NCBI RefSeq assembly: GCF_044704955.1
Contig: NC_091985.1
Coordinates: 208,568,001 to 208,632,000, forward strand
Length of the DNA stretch: 64,000 bases
Source of the DNA: Pristiophorus japonicus
Lineage: Eukaryota
Direction of reading: 5' to 3'
Of the stretch, positions 1 through 13,475 are shown in pieces (positions within the stretch are counted from its first letter, which is position 1; each line of letters opens with the position of its first letter). Position numbers and translations under genes: made by a program. The notes beneath the pieces were generated by a model. It was not told the origin of the DNA and made no database searches. It saw nothing but the letters and a program-made list of their open reading frames with translations.

Positions 1-200
1 CTTGTTCTGTTGCTCACTAAATACAGTTCAGTATCAATGTGTCTCGGCCATTCACCTCCCCAGAAAGTGCTGAATTTTCTGTTTCAATTGGTGCATTCTG
101 ATCAATTTGATTCTGGTATCTAACAGCAGAAAACAACTGCTGCAGAGTCTTGGCAAATAAATCTCTATTTGGATTATTTCACCAGTCCTGGCAACTGCTC

Positions 201-1288
201 CATAGGAACAGGAGTAGGCCATTGAGCCCCTCGAACCTGTTCCCCCATTCAATGAGATGATGGCTGATCTGTGACTTATTCCATATGCCCACCTTTGGCC
301 AGATCCTTTAATACCTTTAGTTAACAAACAGCTATCAATCTCCGATTTAAAATTAACAACTGACCTAGCATCAATTGGTGTTTGAGGAAGCGAGTTCCAA
401 ACTTCTACCACCTATTATGTATAAATGTGTTCCCTCATTTCACTGCTAAAAGTTCTGGCTCTAATTTTTAGACTATGCCCCGAGTCCTAGAATCCCCAAC
501 CAGCGGAAATAGTTTCTCTCTCTCTACCCCATCTGTTCCGCTTAATATCTTAAACTTCGATCAGATCAGCCCTTAACCTAAATTCTAGGGGATACAGCCC
601 TAATTTGTGTAATTTTTCCTCATACCTTAAATCTTGGAGTCCGAGTATCATTGTGGTAAATCTACGCTGCACTCGCTCCAAGGCCAATATAACCTTCCTA
701 AGGCATGGTGCACAGAACTGCTCATAGTGCTCCAGGTGTTGGCTAACCAGGGCTTTGTATAGCTGCAGCATAACCTCTACCCCCTAGTATTCTAGTGCTC
801 TAGATGTAAAAACCAGCATTCCATCAGCCTTTCTGATTATTTTCTGTACTTGTTCATGACATTTTAATGATCTCTGTACCTGGACTCCCAAGTCTCTGTG
901 GACTTCCACTGTTTTTAGCTTTTTACCATTTAGAAAGTACCCTCTTGTATCCTTTTTAGGTCCAAAGTGGATGACCTCACATTTGTCTACATTGAAATCG
1001 ATTTGGCGCAGCTTTGCTCATTAACTTAATTTATCGCTATCCCTTTGTAATTTGATTCTTTCAACTACACTGCCTGCAATGCCATCTTTCTTTTGTGTTC
1101 AGTGGCAAATTTAGATATATGACTTTCTATGCCATCAACTAAGTCATTAATAAATACTAGGGATAGTTGAATCCCCAACACAGATCCCTGTGGGACACCA
1201 CATCCTGCCAACTTGAGAACCAACCTTTGTCCCTACCCTCTGTCTCCGACAGCTCAGTCAATTTCCTAACCAGGTCAATAATTTGCAA
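201..1288 (-). mobile_element. Old 5'-truncated CR1-clade LINE fragment (RT C-terminal part and 3' tail)
   Basis: Degenerate ORF pieces LQLYKALV..HLE..QF and VWNSLPQ. The 3' tail motif gaatggcctactcctgttcctatg is on the minus strand. Confidence 0.9.
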
Positions 1289-1669
1289 TGAATTCGTACT
1301 ATCACCAAATTCCTCCACCCTGCTTGCGATCCACTTATCTGTGATGTTACAAGAAAAAGATAAATACCAATCTGGTGATTATTTACCTTACTCATCGAAT
1401 ACCTACCAGTGAATTCGTACTATCACCAAATGAATCCAGTCGGCTTATGTGAACGATCCAGTGATGGATTCCCACCAGCCCGAGCTCTCTCTCTAAATCT
1501 ACTGGGACTTGTTTTCCATTATTTTTGACAGCTTGTGTCTGTTTTTGAAGCAGTTTGGTCATTTTGTGCATTTATCTGAAACGTTTGAATAATCGGCAAG
1601 CGATTCGTACTGATCTGCTGAGTTTATTTCCAGAGGACACCTATGCCACGAGGGAGCAGGTTTCATAGC

Positions 1670-2135
1670 CAGGTTAAAATAGAATAAACCTAAACTCACA
1701 TTCCAGAGATTGACAGGTACAAAAAAAACCTACACTCACATATTAGAAACTGACAGGTACAGAATTAAACCCACATTCCCATAGCAGAGACTAACAGGTA
1801 AGGAATAAAACCCAAACTCACACATTAGGAACTGACAGGTACAGAGTAAAATGCACACTTTCACAACATAGACTGACAGCTACAGAATAAAACCCACACT
1901 CCCACCATAAACTGAGGATAAAAACCCACACTCTCATACTAGAAGCTGACAGGTAGAGTAAAACCCATTTTTGCATAGCAGAGACTGACGAGTCCAGAAT
2001 GAAACCGACATTCCCATAGCATAAACTGATAGGAACAGAATTAAACCCACACTCACATAGCAGAGACTGACAGGTACAGAATAAAACTCACATTCCCATA
2101 GCAGAGACTGACAGGTACAGAATAAAACCCATCAG
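1670..2135. repeat. About 41-bp degenerate minisatellite (cacactcacataccagaaactgacaggtacagaataaaacc)
   Basis: Tandem diverged units. The same family occurs at 8430-9650, 10365-10632, 12085-13030 and 40480-40930. Confidence 0.9.
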
Positions 2136-2170
2136 AACAATAATATGCAGCAAGTAAAACCCATAGTCCC

Positions 2171-5100
2171 CTAGGAGCTAAATTAAAAAGTAGGACCTCA
2201 AAAGTAGTAATCTCGGGATTGCTACCAGTGCCACGTGCTAGTCAGAGTAGGAATCGCAGGATAGCTCAGATGAATACGTGGCTTGAGCAATGGTGCAGCA
2301 GGGAGGGATTCAAATTCCTGGGGCATTGGAACCGGTTCTGGGGGAGGTGGGACCAGTACAATCCGGACGGTCTGCACCTGGGCAGAATCGGAACCAATGT
2401 CCTCGGGGGAGTGTTTGCTCGTGCTGTTGGGGAGGAGTTAAACTAATATGGCAGGGGGATGGGAACCAATGCAGGGAGATAGAGGGAAACAAAAAGGAGG
2501 CAAAAGCAAAAGACAGAAAGGAGATGAGGAAAAGTGGAGGGCAGAGAAACCCAAGGCAAAGAACAAAAAGGGCCATTGTACAGCAAAATTCTAAAAGGAC
2601 AGAGGGTGTTAAAAAAACAAGCCTAAAGGCTTTGTGTCTTAATGCAAGGAGTATCCGTAATAAGGTGGATGAATTAACTGTGCAAATAGATGTTAACAAA
2701 TATGATGTGATTGGGATTACGGAGACGTGGCTCCAGGATGATCAGGGCTGGGAACTCAACATCCAGGGGTATTCAACATTCAGGAAGGATAGAATAAAAG
2801 GAAAAGGAGGTGGGGTAGCATTGCTGGTTAAGGAGGAGATTAAGGCAATAGTTAGGAAGGACATTAGCTTGGATGATGTGGAATCTATATGGGTAGAGCT
2901 GCAGAACACCAAAGGGCAAAAAACGTTAGTGGGAGTTGTGTACAGACCTCCAAACAGTAGTAGTGATGTTCGGGAGGGCATCAAACAGGAAATTAGGGGT
3001 GCATGCAATAAAGGTGCAGCAGTTATAATGGGTGACTTTAATATGCACATAGATTGGGCTAACCAAACTGGAAGCAATACAGTGGAGGAGGATTTCCTGG
3101 AGTGCATAAGGGATGGTTTTTTAGACCAATATGTCGAGGAACCAACTAGGGGGGAGGCCATCTTAGACTGGGTGTTATGTAATGAGAGAGGATTAATTAG
3201 CAATCTCGTTGTGCGAGGCCCCTTGGGGAAGAGTGACCATAATATGGTGGAATTCTGCATTAGGATGGAGAATGAAACAGTTAATTCAGAGACCATGGTC
3301 CAGAACTTAAAGAAGGCTAACTTTGAAGGTATGAGGCGTGAATTGGCTGGGATGGATTGGCGAATGATACTTAAGTGGTTGACTGTGGATGGGCAATGGC
3401 AGACATTTAGAGACCGCATGGATGAACTACAACAATTGTACATTCCTGTCTGGCATAAAAATAAAAAAGGGAAGGTGGCTCAACCGTGGCTATCAAGGGA
3501 AATCAGGGATAGTATTAAAGCCAAGGAAGTGGCATACAAATTGGCCAGAAATAGCAGCGAACCTGGGGACTGGGAGAAATTTAGAACTCAGCAGAGGAGG
3601 ACAAAGGGTTTGATTAGGGCAGGGAAAATGGAGTATGAGAAGAAGCTTGCAGGGAACATTAAGACAGATTGCAAAACTTTCTATAGATATGTAAAGAGAA
3701 AAAGGTTAGTAAAGACAAACGTAGGTCCCCTGCAGTCAGAATCAGGGGAAGTCATAATGGGGAACAAAGAAATGGCGGACCAATTGAACAAGTACTTTGG
3801 TTCGGTATTCACAAAGGAGGACACAAGCAACCTTCCGGTTATAAAAGGGGTCGGGGGGTCTAGTAAGGAGTAGGAACTGAGGGAAATCCTTATTAGCCGG
3901 GAAATTGTGTTGGGGAAATTGATGGGATTGAAGGCCGATAAATCCCCAGGGCCTGATGGACTGCATCCCAGAGTACTGAAGGAGGTGGCCTTGGAAAAAG
4001 TGGATGCATTGACAGTCATTTTCCAACATTCCATTGACTCTGGATCAGTTCCTATGGAGTGGAGGGTAGCCAATGTAACCCCACTTTTTAAAAAAGGAGG
4101 GAGACAGAAAACAGGGAATTATAGACCGGTCAGCCTGACATCGGTAGTGGGTAAAATGATGGAATCAATTATTAAGGATGTCATAGCAGTGCATTTGGAA
4201 AGAGGTGACATAGGTCCAAGTCAGCATGGATTTGTGAAAGGGAAATCATGCTTGACAAATCTTCTGGAATTTTTTGAGGATGTTTCCAGTAGAGTGGACA
4301 AGGGAGAACCAGTTGATGTGGTATATTTGGACTTTCAGAAGGCGTTCGACAAGGTCCCACACAAGAGATTGATGTGCAAAGTTAGAGCACATGGGATTGG
4401 GGGTAGTGTGCTGACATGGATTGAGAACTGGTTGTCAGACAGGAAGCAAAGAGTAGGAGTAAATGGGTACTTTTCAGAATGGCAGGCAGTGACTAGTGGG
4501 GTACCGCAAGGTTCTGTGCTGGGGCCCCAGCTGTTTACACTGTACATTAATGATTTAGATGAGGGGATTAAATGTAGTATCTCCAAATTTGCGGATGACA
4601 CTAAGTTGGGTGGCAGTGTGAGCTGCGAGGAGGATGCTGTGAGGCTGCAGAGCGACTTGGATAGGTTAGGTGAGTGGGCAAATGCATGGCAGATGAAGTA
4701 TAATGTGGATAAATGTGAGGTTATCCACTTTGGTGGTAAAAACAGAGAGAGAGACTATTATGTGAATGGTGACAGATTAGGAAAAGGGGAGGTGCAAAGA
4801 GACCTGGGTGTCATGGTACATCAGTCATTGAAGGTTGGCATGCAGGTGCAGCAGGCGGTTAAGAAAGTAAATGGCATGTTGGCCTTCATAGCAAGGGGAT
4901 TTGAGTACAGGGGCAGGGAGGTGTTGCTACAGTTGTACAGGGCATTGGTGAGGCCACACCTGGAGTATTGTGTACAGTTTTGGTCTCCTAACCTGAGGAA
5001 GGACATTCTTGTTATTGAGGGAGTGCAGCGAAGGTTCACCAGACTGATTCCCGGGATGGCGGGACTGACCTATCAAGAAAGACTGGATCAACTGGGCTTG

Positions 5101-5517
5101 TATTCACTGGAGTTCAGAAGAATGAGAGGGGACCTCATAGAAACATTTAAAATTCTGACCGGGTTAGACAGGTTAGATGCAGGAAGAATGTTCCCAATGT
5201 TGGGGAAGTCCAGAACCAGAGGTCACAGTCTAAGGATAAGGGGTAAGCCATTTAGGACCGAGATGCGGAGGAACTTCTTCACCCAGAGAGTGGTGAACCT
5301 GTGGAATTCTCTACCACAGAAAGTTGTTGAGGCCAATTCACTAAATATATTCAAAAAGGAGTTAGATGAGGTCCTTACTACTAGGGGGATCAAGGGGTAT
5401 GGCGAGAAAGCAGGAATGGGGTACTGAAGTTGAATGTTCAGCCATGAACTCATTGAATGGCGGTGCAGGCTAGAAGGGCTGAATGGCCTACTCCTGCACC
5501 TATTTTCTATGTTTCTA
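2171..5517 (+). mobile_element. Young CR1 LINE copy 1, 5'-truncated inside ORF1
   Basis: ORF1 esterase C-terminus (..DGLHL..GEELN*, stop 2446). ORF2 has APE endonuclease (NARS, ITETWL, GDFN, SDH) and RT (QGSVLGP, FADD). TTTCTATG tail, with CTA at both junctions. Confidence 0.97.
2446..5427 (+). pseudogene. CR1 ORF2 (endonuclease-reverse transcriptase) with a single nonsense codon
   Basis: ORFs 2290-3873 and 3907-5427 are in the same frame, separated only by TAG at 3871-3873 (GAG in the sister copies). Confidence 0.92.
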
Positions 5518-5518
5518 T

Positions 5519-7650
5519 CAGAAATGGCAGGGACACACTCACACACCAGAGACTGACGGAAAGAGTAAAACTCTCTAGGAAATCCCACTCCAGTGTCCGG
5601 CTCACCGAATCATTTTGTTGGTAATTCGGATTATAATTAAAATTCTCTCAATGTGGCCCATTTAATTAGTGATAAAAGCAACTTGTGAAACAATCCCATT
5701 TTTGTTGATTTAAATAGTGACAAAAAGATGGTCTGAGCATGCACTAAATACAAGCTGCTCCCCCCTCTCACCGCCCAGTGTTTAAACCGACGGGAAGGGC
5801 CCATGTGAGCTCCCCTCCCCCAGCTCTGTCAGCGGCTGCCGTTTCCTCTGTGCTGGGCTGATGATCGTTGAACACATCACGGAGCGGAGATATCCCGGGC
5901 CCAAGTAAGGGAGCAAACAGCAGCCTCCTTACAGCAGCTCATCACATTAGCACTGTGTCCACAGATGGGCTTTGAGTCGGGGTAAGTTCAGCGGCAGTCG
6001 GGGGCTGTCTGTAATAGGTGGAGTGGAGCAGGAACTAGTTCTGGAACATGGAGTGAGTGGGGGAAGGGAGAGGCCATTCTCGGGCTGTGTGTGTACGGTG
6101 TAAGGTAACAGAGAAAGTAAATCACCTCGCTCTTTCAAATCAGTGCTGCTTTCTTTCCCCAAATCAGTAGTGAATGTTCCTGATTCAATTCCAATCTCAG
6201 TGTCTGTTGTTCTTGGACATTGAACAGTGGAAACACAGCCTGACTGAGAAGTGTCACGAAGTGCATCTATTGCAGGCACCAGGAGAGGAGTGTGAAAGGA
6301 GACATTTCAATAATCGGTTATTTTGTTTCGGTGTGTTGAATTCTCTAGAACCGTGTTGCAGGAGATCGAGAGATACATTGTCGCTCCCTCAGATACATCT
6401 GTGACATTCTGTTAACTGTACAGGCTCTCAGCTCTGTTCATTAGACTGAAAACAATTGTTGTACAGCCCAGGTACCTGTGGTTATAATCCAGGAAGCGAT
6501 TCAGAACTTTACAGATTGTCCCATGGAAGTGGGAGATATAAACCTGGACTCTGCCAGTCGGGTGTTCCCATTCATGGACCAGTGCTGGGTTTGGGTTGTG
6601 TCTGGATGCTGATAACTTACTATCGAACCGTCTGACACAGCTGGTGTGGGGAATCTGATCACTCACCACACCTCCGCCACGACCGTCCCGCTCCTCTGCT
6701 CATGGTCGTGGCGGAGGTGCGGTGAGTGATCGAGGCGGAGGGGCATGGAGGGATCATGGCTGAGATTCGGTGGGTGATCGTGGCGGAGGTGTGGCGAATG
6801 TTTGTGGCAGAGGTGCGGCGAGTGTTTTGTGGTGGAGGAGCGCTGAGAGATCGTGGCGGAGGTGTGGCGAATGAGGGTACAGGGCCCAGAAGAGCCGATG
6901 GCCCAGGGGCAGCACAGGCCAGCACACACTGGGTCTGTGCGCACTAGGTCCGTGCAGCCGAGCAGGTCTCCAGTCCTGGTCAACCCTTGCCACTGGTTAA
7001 AGTCCTAGTTCTGTCATGTACATGTGGTGGCTGATGTGTAATGGTCACCACACGTTAAAAAAATCCACGCACAGGCATCTTCCACCCTTTCAATTGGAGT
7101 TCAGGACTGGAATATCAGGTCCTTCATTGAAACATCTGTGAACTCACGTGGAAGCAAGTCATCCTGGTTCGAGGGACCGCCTATGATGATGATGATGATG
7201 ATAAGAGAATCTGAGTGCCGCTGTACTGCAGTGAGGTCAGACAATGTCACTGTTTGTATCACGCATGCCTCTCTCCAGATACTTTACTTTATTATAAAGA
7301 AACACATTAATTATAACTTTATCGTTATAGTCTATGGGCACCTGTCCATGACTTGTACCTAATATTTTACTCATATTATTATTCTCAGAGCAAAATACTT
7401 CACCCCCAGAATAAATGTGATCTTTCCGCCACCTGGAACACAAGGAACAGTGCAGGCAGCTCCTTCTCACACACAGTAAGTACATTATCACTCACAGAGC
7501 GCAGAGACACAGAACTGACCTCAATCATATTGTCACAGGTAGCAGAAGCTGTCAGTCCCACAGTGATCCGAATCCCAGAGTTACATTATGAATCCCACAG
7601 TCACTTGGAACAGTACAATAAGATGTTGTTTCAAAGTCCAAACATATCGC
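5519..7650 (+). repeat. Dispersed promoter/non-coding module, copy A (interrupted by a SINE)
   Basis: Collinear with 10745-12075, 37200-38270 and 40855-43283, e.g. cagcctccttacagcagc, gtagtgaatgttcctga and tctattgcaggcacc. Confidence 0.85.
6659..7204 (+). mobile_element. RTE-tailed SINE-like insertion
   Basis: Absent from module copies B and D. Flanked by TSD gggaatctga/gagaatctga. Ends ggaagcaagtcatcc..gagggaccgcct(atg)n, resembling RTE 3' ends. Confidence 0.8.
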
Positions 7651-7954
7651 TCTGAGAGGCAGATCCATTTTCACTCACTTGCTCACACACAAGGACTGAC
7701 TGACACGGTGTCAATCCACACTGGTGTCGGTACACTGACTCTCAAACCCAGCAACTAACATACAAGAGCAGAGAAACGGAGGTAATGGACTGAACCAAAC
7801 CTCCTCCTGAGACAATCACGGATAATCTCAAACTAGCATAGGCCTAAAGAAGGAACAGAATCCAACAGTCACACAGCAAGAATAGCTGACAACAAGAGAC
7901 TGTCAATTACATAATAACTCTCGCACTCACACACATCACTATTCTAACAGACAT

Positions 7955-8362
7955 AGTGAACCCCACACCCACAAACAGTGCCAGGGACTGAGACATAGAA
8001 TGGACCCCACACCCACAAACAGTGCCAGGGATTGAGAGACACAGAATGGACCCCACACCCACAAACAGTGCCAGGGATTGAGAGACACAGAATGGACCCC
8101 ACACCTACAAACAGTGCCAGGGATTGAGAGACACAGAATGGACCCCACACCTACACACAGTGCCAGGGACTGAGAGACACAGAATGGACCCCACACCCAC
8201 AAACAGTGTCAGGGACTGAGACACAGAATGGACCCCACACCTACACACAGTGCCAGGGATTGAGAGACACAGAATGGACCCCACACCTACACACAGTGCC
8301 AGGGACTGAGACACAGAATGGATCCCACACCTACAAACAGTGCCAGGGACTGAGAGAGACAG
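7955..8362. repeat. 44-46-bp minisatellite, about 9 copies
   Basis: Unit gaccccacacccacaaacagtgccagggattgagagacacagaatg. Confidence 0.95.
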
Positions 8363-8429
8363 AATGATACATACTCTCGGGCACAGTGAATGACGGATTG
8401 AGATTGAATCACAATCACATATGGTAACA

Positions 8430-9650
8430 CACTGACTGACTGGCAGATATAGGTTAAAATCCACACTCACATATCGGAAAGTGACTGGTGCAGAGTAAAA
8501 TGGATATTCACATAACTTTTATTCTGTACCTCTCAGTTTTTGTTAATACATTCTGTAAACCAGCAGATACAGAATAAAATACACTTGCATCCCAGAGTCA
8601 GACAGTTATAAAGTAAAACACACACTCACATACCAGAGACTGGAAGATATGACTAATATCCACACTCCGGTACAAGAAACTGGCAGGTACTGATTAAAAT
8701 ACACAATCACATCCTGGAAACTAACAATTGGAGAGTAACAACAACAGACAAATACCAGAAATTGACAGATAAAGATTAAAACCATACTCACATTCCAAAG
8801 ACTGACAGATACAGAGTAAAGCCCACACTCACACCACAGAGAGTGACACATACAGTCTATAACACACTCACACATGAGAAAATGACACCTACAGAGTCAA
8901 ACCCACATTCACATCCCAGAGAGTGACAGCTACAGAGCAAAATCAACAGCCACATAAAAGATACTGATCGATGCAGAGTCAAACACATGCTCACATCCCA
9001 CAGCCTAACAGGTACAGATTAAAACAGACTCACACATCAGAAACTGACAGATACAGCACAAAAGCAGCACTATCACAGCAGAAAATGACAGGTACAGAAT
9101 AAAACCCCACTCACATACCAGAGTCTGAATGATAAAGTGTAAAATCACACTCGCATAGCAGAGAAAGACAGCTATAGAATAAAACCCACTCACATACCAA
9201 AGACGTGACTGATACAGAGTAAAACGCACACTCACATCCCAGAGACTGAGAACTACATAGTTTTATCTACATTCCGATACTGGAAACAGACAGGTACAGA
9301 CAAAAAATGACACTCACATCCCAGAAACTGGCAGGTACAGAGGAAAACCCATGTTACAAATTCAGAAAATAACAGGTACAGAATAAAACTCACATAACAG
9401 AAACTGATAAGTACAGAATAAATTCCCAATCACATATGAGAAACTGACAGGTACAGGGTAATACCCACATTGACATACCAGAGACCGACAGGTACAGAGT
9501 AAAATCCACACTCACATCCCGGAGACAGGCAAAAACAGAGTGGAACTCGCAGTCACATTCCAGAAGCTGACATGGTGTATAATAAAACCCACTTTTGCCC
9601 ACCAAAAACTGAAGAAAGAACAACACTCATGTACCAGATACTGACAGCTA
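8430..9650. repeat. About 41-bp degenerate minisatellite
   Basis: Same family as 1670-2135. Confidence 0.9.
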
Positions 9651-10355
9651 TAAGAGAATAAGAAATAGCAGGCGGTAAGGCCGCTCGAGCCTGCTCCGCA
9701 ATTCATTACATTCATGGCTGAACTTCACCCTGAACTCCTGCCTGATACCCATTTCCCTTGATTCCCTTTGTTCTCTGTCTTGAATATACTCAATGAATGA
9801 GTGTCTCAGACCTATGTGTATAGAATTCCAAAGATTCACATCCCTCTGAGTGAACACATTGCTCCTCATCTCAGTCCTAAGTGTCCGATCCCTTATCCTG
9901 AGATTATGACCCCTAGATCTAGACTATCCAGCAAAGGGAAACATCCTCACAGCATCTACCCTGCCAAGACTTCTAAGATTCTTTTTAGGTTTCAATGAGC
10001 TCAGCTCTCATTCTTCTAAACTCCAGAGTGTATAGGTGCATTTCACTCAATCTCCCTATCCCAGGATTCAATGTTGCACCCCCTCTAATATCCTTCATTA
10101 GGCAATGAGACCAAAACTGTGCCCAGTAATCCAGGTGTGGTCTCACCAAAGCCCTACATAATTGCAGCCACATTTCTTTACTCTTCTACTCCAAACCCCT
10201 TGTAATAAAGGCCAACATATCCTTTACCTTCCTAATTGCTTGCAGTAGCTGCAAGTTAACTATATGTGATTCGTGCACAATGACACTCAAATCCCCCTGA
10301 ATAACTACATTTACAAGTCTCTCCTCTTTTAAACATTCTGCTTTTTGATTCATAT
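9651..10355 (-). mobile_element. Old CR1 3' fragment
   Basis: ALVRPHLDY.AQFWS, LEFRRMR and the 3' tail. Confidence 0.88.
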
Positions 10356-10364
10356 AAAATTTAA

Positions 10365-10632
10365 CACACACTCACATCCCATAGTCTGAACTATACAGTG
10401 TAAAACACACACACATCCCATAGTCTGAACAATACAGTGTAAAACACACACTCAAATCCCATAGTCTGAACTATATAGTGTAAAAATCCCATAGTCTGAA
10501 CGAAACAGTGTAAAACACACACTCACATCCCATAGTCTGAACTATACAGTGTAAAACACACACTCACATCCCATAGTCTGAACAATACAGTGTAAAACCC
10601 ACACTCACATCCCATAGTCTGAACAATACAGG
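10365..10632. repeat. Homogenised 41-bp minisatellite variant
   Basis: Unit cacatcccatagtctgaactatacagtgtaaaacacacact, period 41 (10531 to 10572). Confidence 0.92.
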
Positions 10633-10744
10633 GTGACAGATTGGGCAGAGACAGCGGCCTCTGAGCTTCCAGATTCACCTCCAAGCTTCACGCTCCAGCA
10701 TTGAAATACTTGCCTGCTCCCCCCCCCAACACCGCCCCCCACCC

Positions 10745-12075
10745 CCCACTTGTCTCCCGCCCAGTATTTAAACTGACAGGAAGGGCACATGCGAGCTCCC
10801 CTTCCCCAGCTCTGCCAGTGGCTGCCATTTCCTCTGTGCTGGGCTGATGATCGTTGAACACATCAGGGAGCGGAGATATTCCAGGCCAGAGTAAGGGAGC
10901 AAACAGCAGACTCCTTACAGCAGCTCATCGCATTGAGACTGTTTCCGCAAATGGGCTTTGTGTCGGGGAATCGGGGGCTGCTTGTAAGAGGCAGAATGGA
11001 GCAGGAAGTAGTTTGGGAACATGGAGTGAGTGGGGGGAAGGGAGCGGGGATATCCCGGGCTGTGTGTGTACAGTGTAAGGTAACAGAGAAAGTTAATCAC
11101 CACACTCTTTCAAATCATTGCTGGTTTCTGTCACCAAACCAGTAGTGAATGTTCCTGATTCAGTCCCAATCTCACCGTGTCTGCCCTTCTTGGACATTGA
11201 ACAGTGGAAACACAGCCTGACAGTGAGGATGTGAGGAGTGTCACAAAGTGTATCTATTGCAGGCACCAGGACAGAAAGTAGACATTTCAAATTTGGTAAT
11301 TTTGTTTCGTTGCATTGAGTTCTCCAGATCCGTGTTGAAGGTGATCGAGAGATACATTGTCGCTCCCTCAGATACATCATGATCCGGGCTCTGTGACATT
11401 CTGTTGTCTGCACAGGCACTTAACTCGGTTCCAATAGACTGAGAACAATTGTTGTACATCCCAGGTACCTGTGGTTATAATCCAGAAAGCGATTCAGAAT
11501 TTTACAGGTAGTCCTATGGGAGTGGAGGATATAAACCTCGATTGTATTAATCGGGTGATCCCATTCATGGACCAGTGCTGGGTTTGAGTTGTGTCTAGAT
11601 GCTGATAACTTTCTATAGAACCGTCCTACACACCTGGTGTGGAAAATCTGAGTGCTGCTGTACTGCAGTGAGGTCAGACAAGAACACTGTTTGTATCACG
11701 GTTTCCTCTCTCCAGATACTTTACTTTATTATAAACATATACATTCATTACAACTTTATTTTATATTTTCCCCATCAGTTGTCCATATCATAACTAATAT
11801 TTTTCTGGTATTATTATTCTCAAAGCAAAATACTTCATTGAGCCAGTATAAATATGATATTTCTTCCACCCAGCACACAAGAAAAAATGCAGGCAGCTCC
11901 TTCTCGCATACAGTAAGTACATTATCACTCAGAGCGCAGAGACACAGAACTGACCTCAATCCTGTTATCACAGGCAGCAGAAGCTGTCAGTCCAACAGTG
12001 ATCTGAAGTGGCTGAGTTTCATTGTGAATCTTACAGCCACACAGAGCGGTAGGATCAAATGCTGTTTCACTATTG
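10745..12075 (+). repeat. Dispersed promoter/non-coding module, copy B
   Basis: Collinear with copy A and lacks the SINE insertion. Confidence 0.85.
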
Positions 12076-12084
12076 AAACATATC

Positions 12085-13201
<1,117 letters not shown>

Positions 13202-13475
13202 ACCCACAACCTCTCTGAAAGACCTAAAGCGCATCACCCTTTAGACTCAATTTACTGTAATTATTTCCTGAACAAGTGTGTTTGGGAACCTTTGCAGTTC
13301 CAGCTGTGGAGTTAGTTTTGAATTCTCATAAGCAGCTTCACTGTCTGGTTCGACGTTGGGACTGCTGTTGAATTTCCCGCCATTCATGCTACAAACACGA
13401 TTCCTTGTCGCTCGTTCCCATTTACAGCGCCTGCCGAGGAATTAAGAGCTTGTTTAGGGAATGAGGCTCAGATTT

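Noticed and set aside
5947-6279. Minus-strand ORF pieces shared by module copies (ESGTFTT..GLSLPPLTP)
   Set aside because: Frames shift between copies, starts differ and no domain is recognisable; not called coding.
6250-6285. AAGTGC seed suggesting a miR-430/302-type cluster
   Set aside because: The seed is not conserved in other copies (aagtgt) and there is no clear precursor hairpin.
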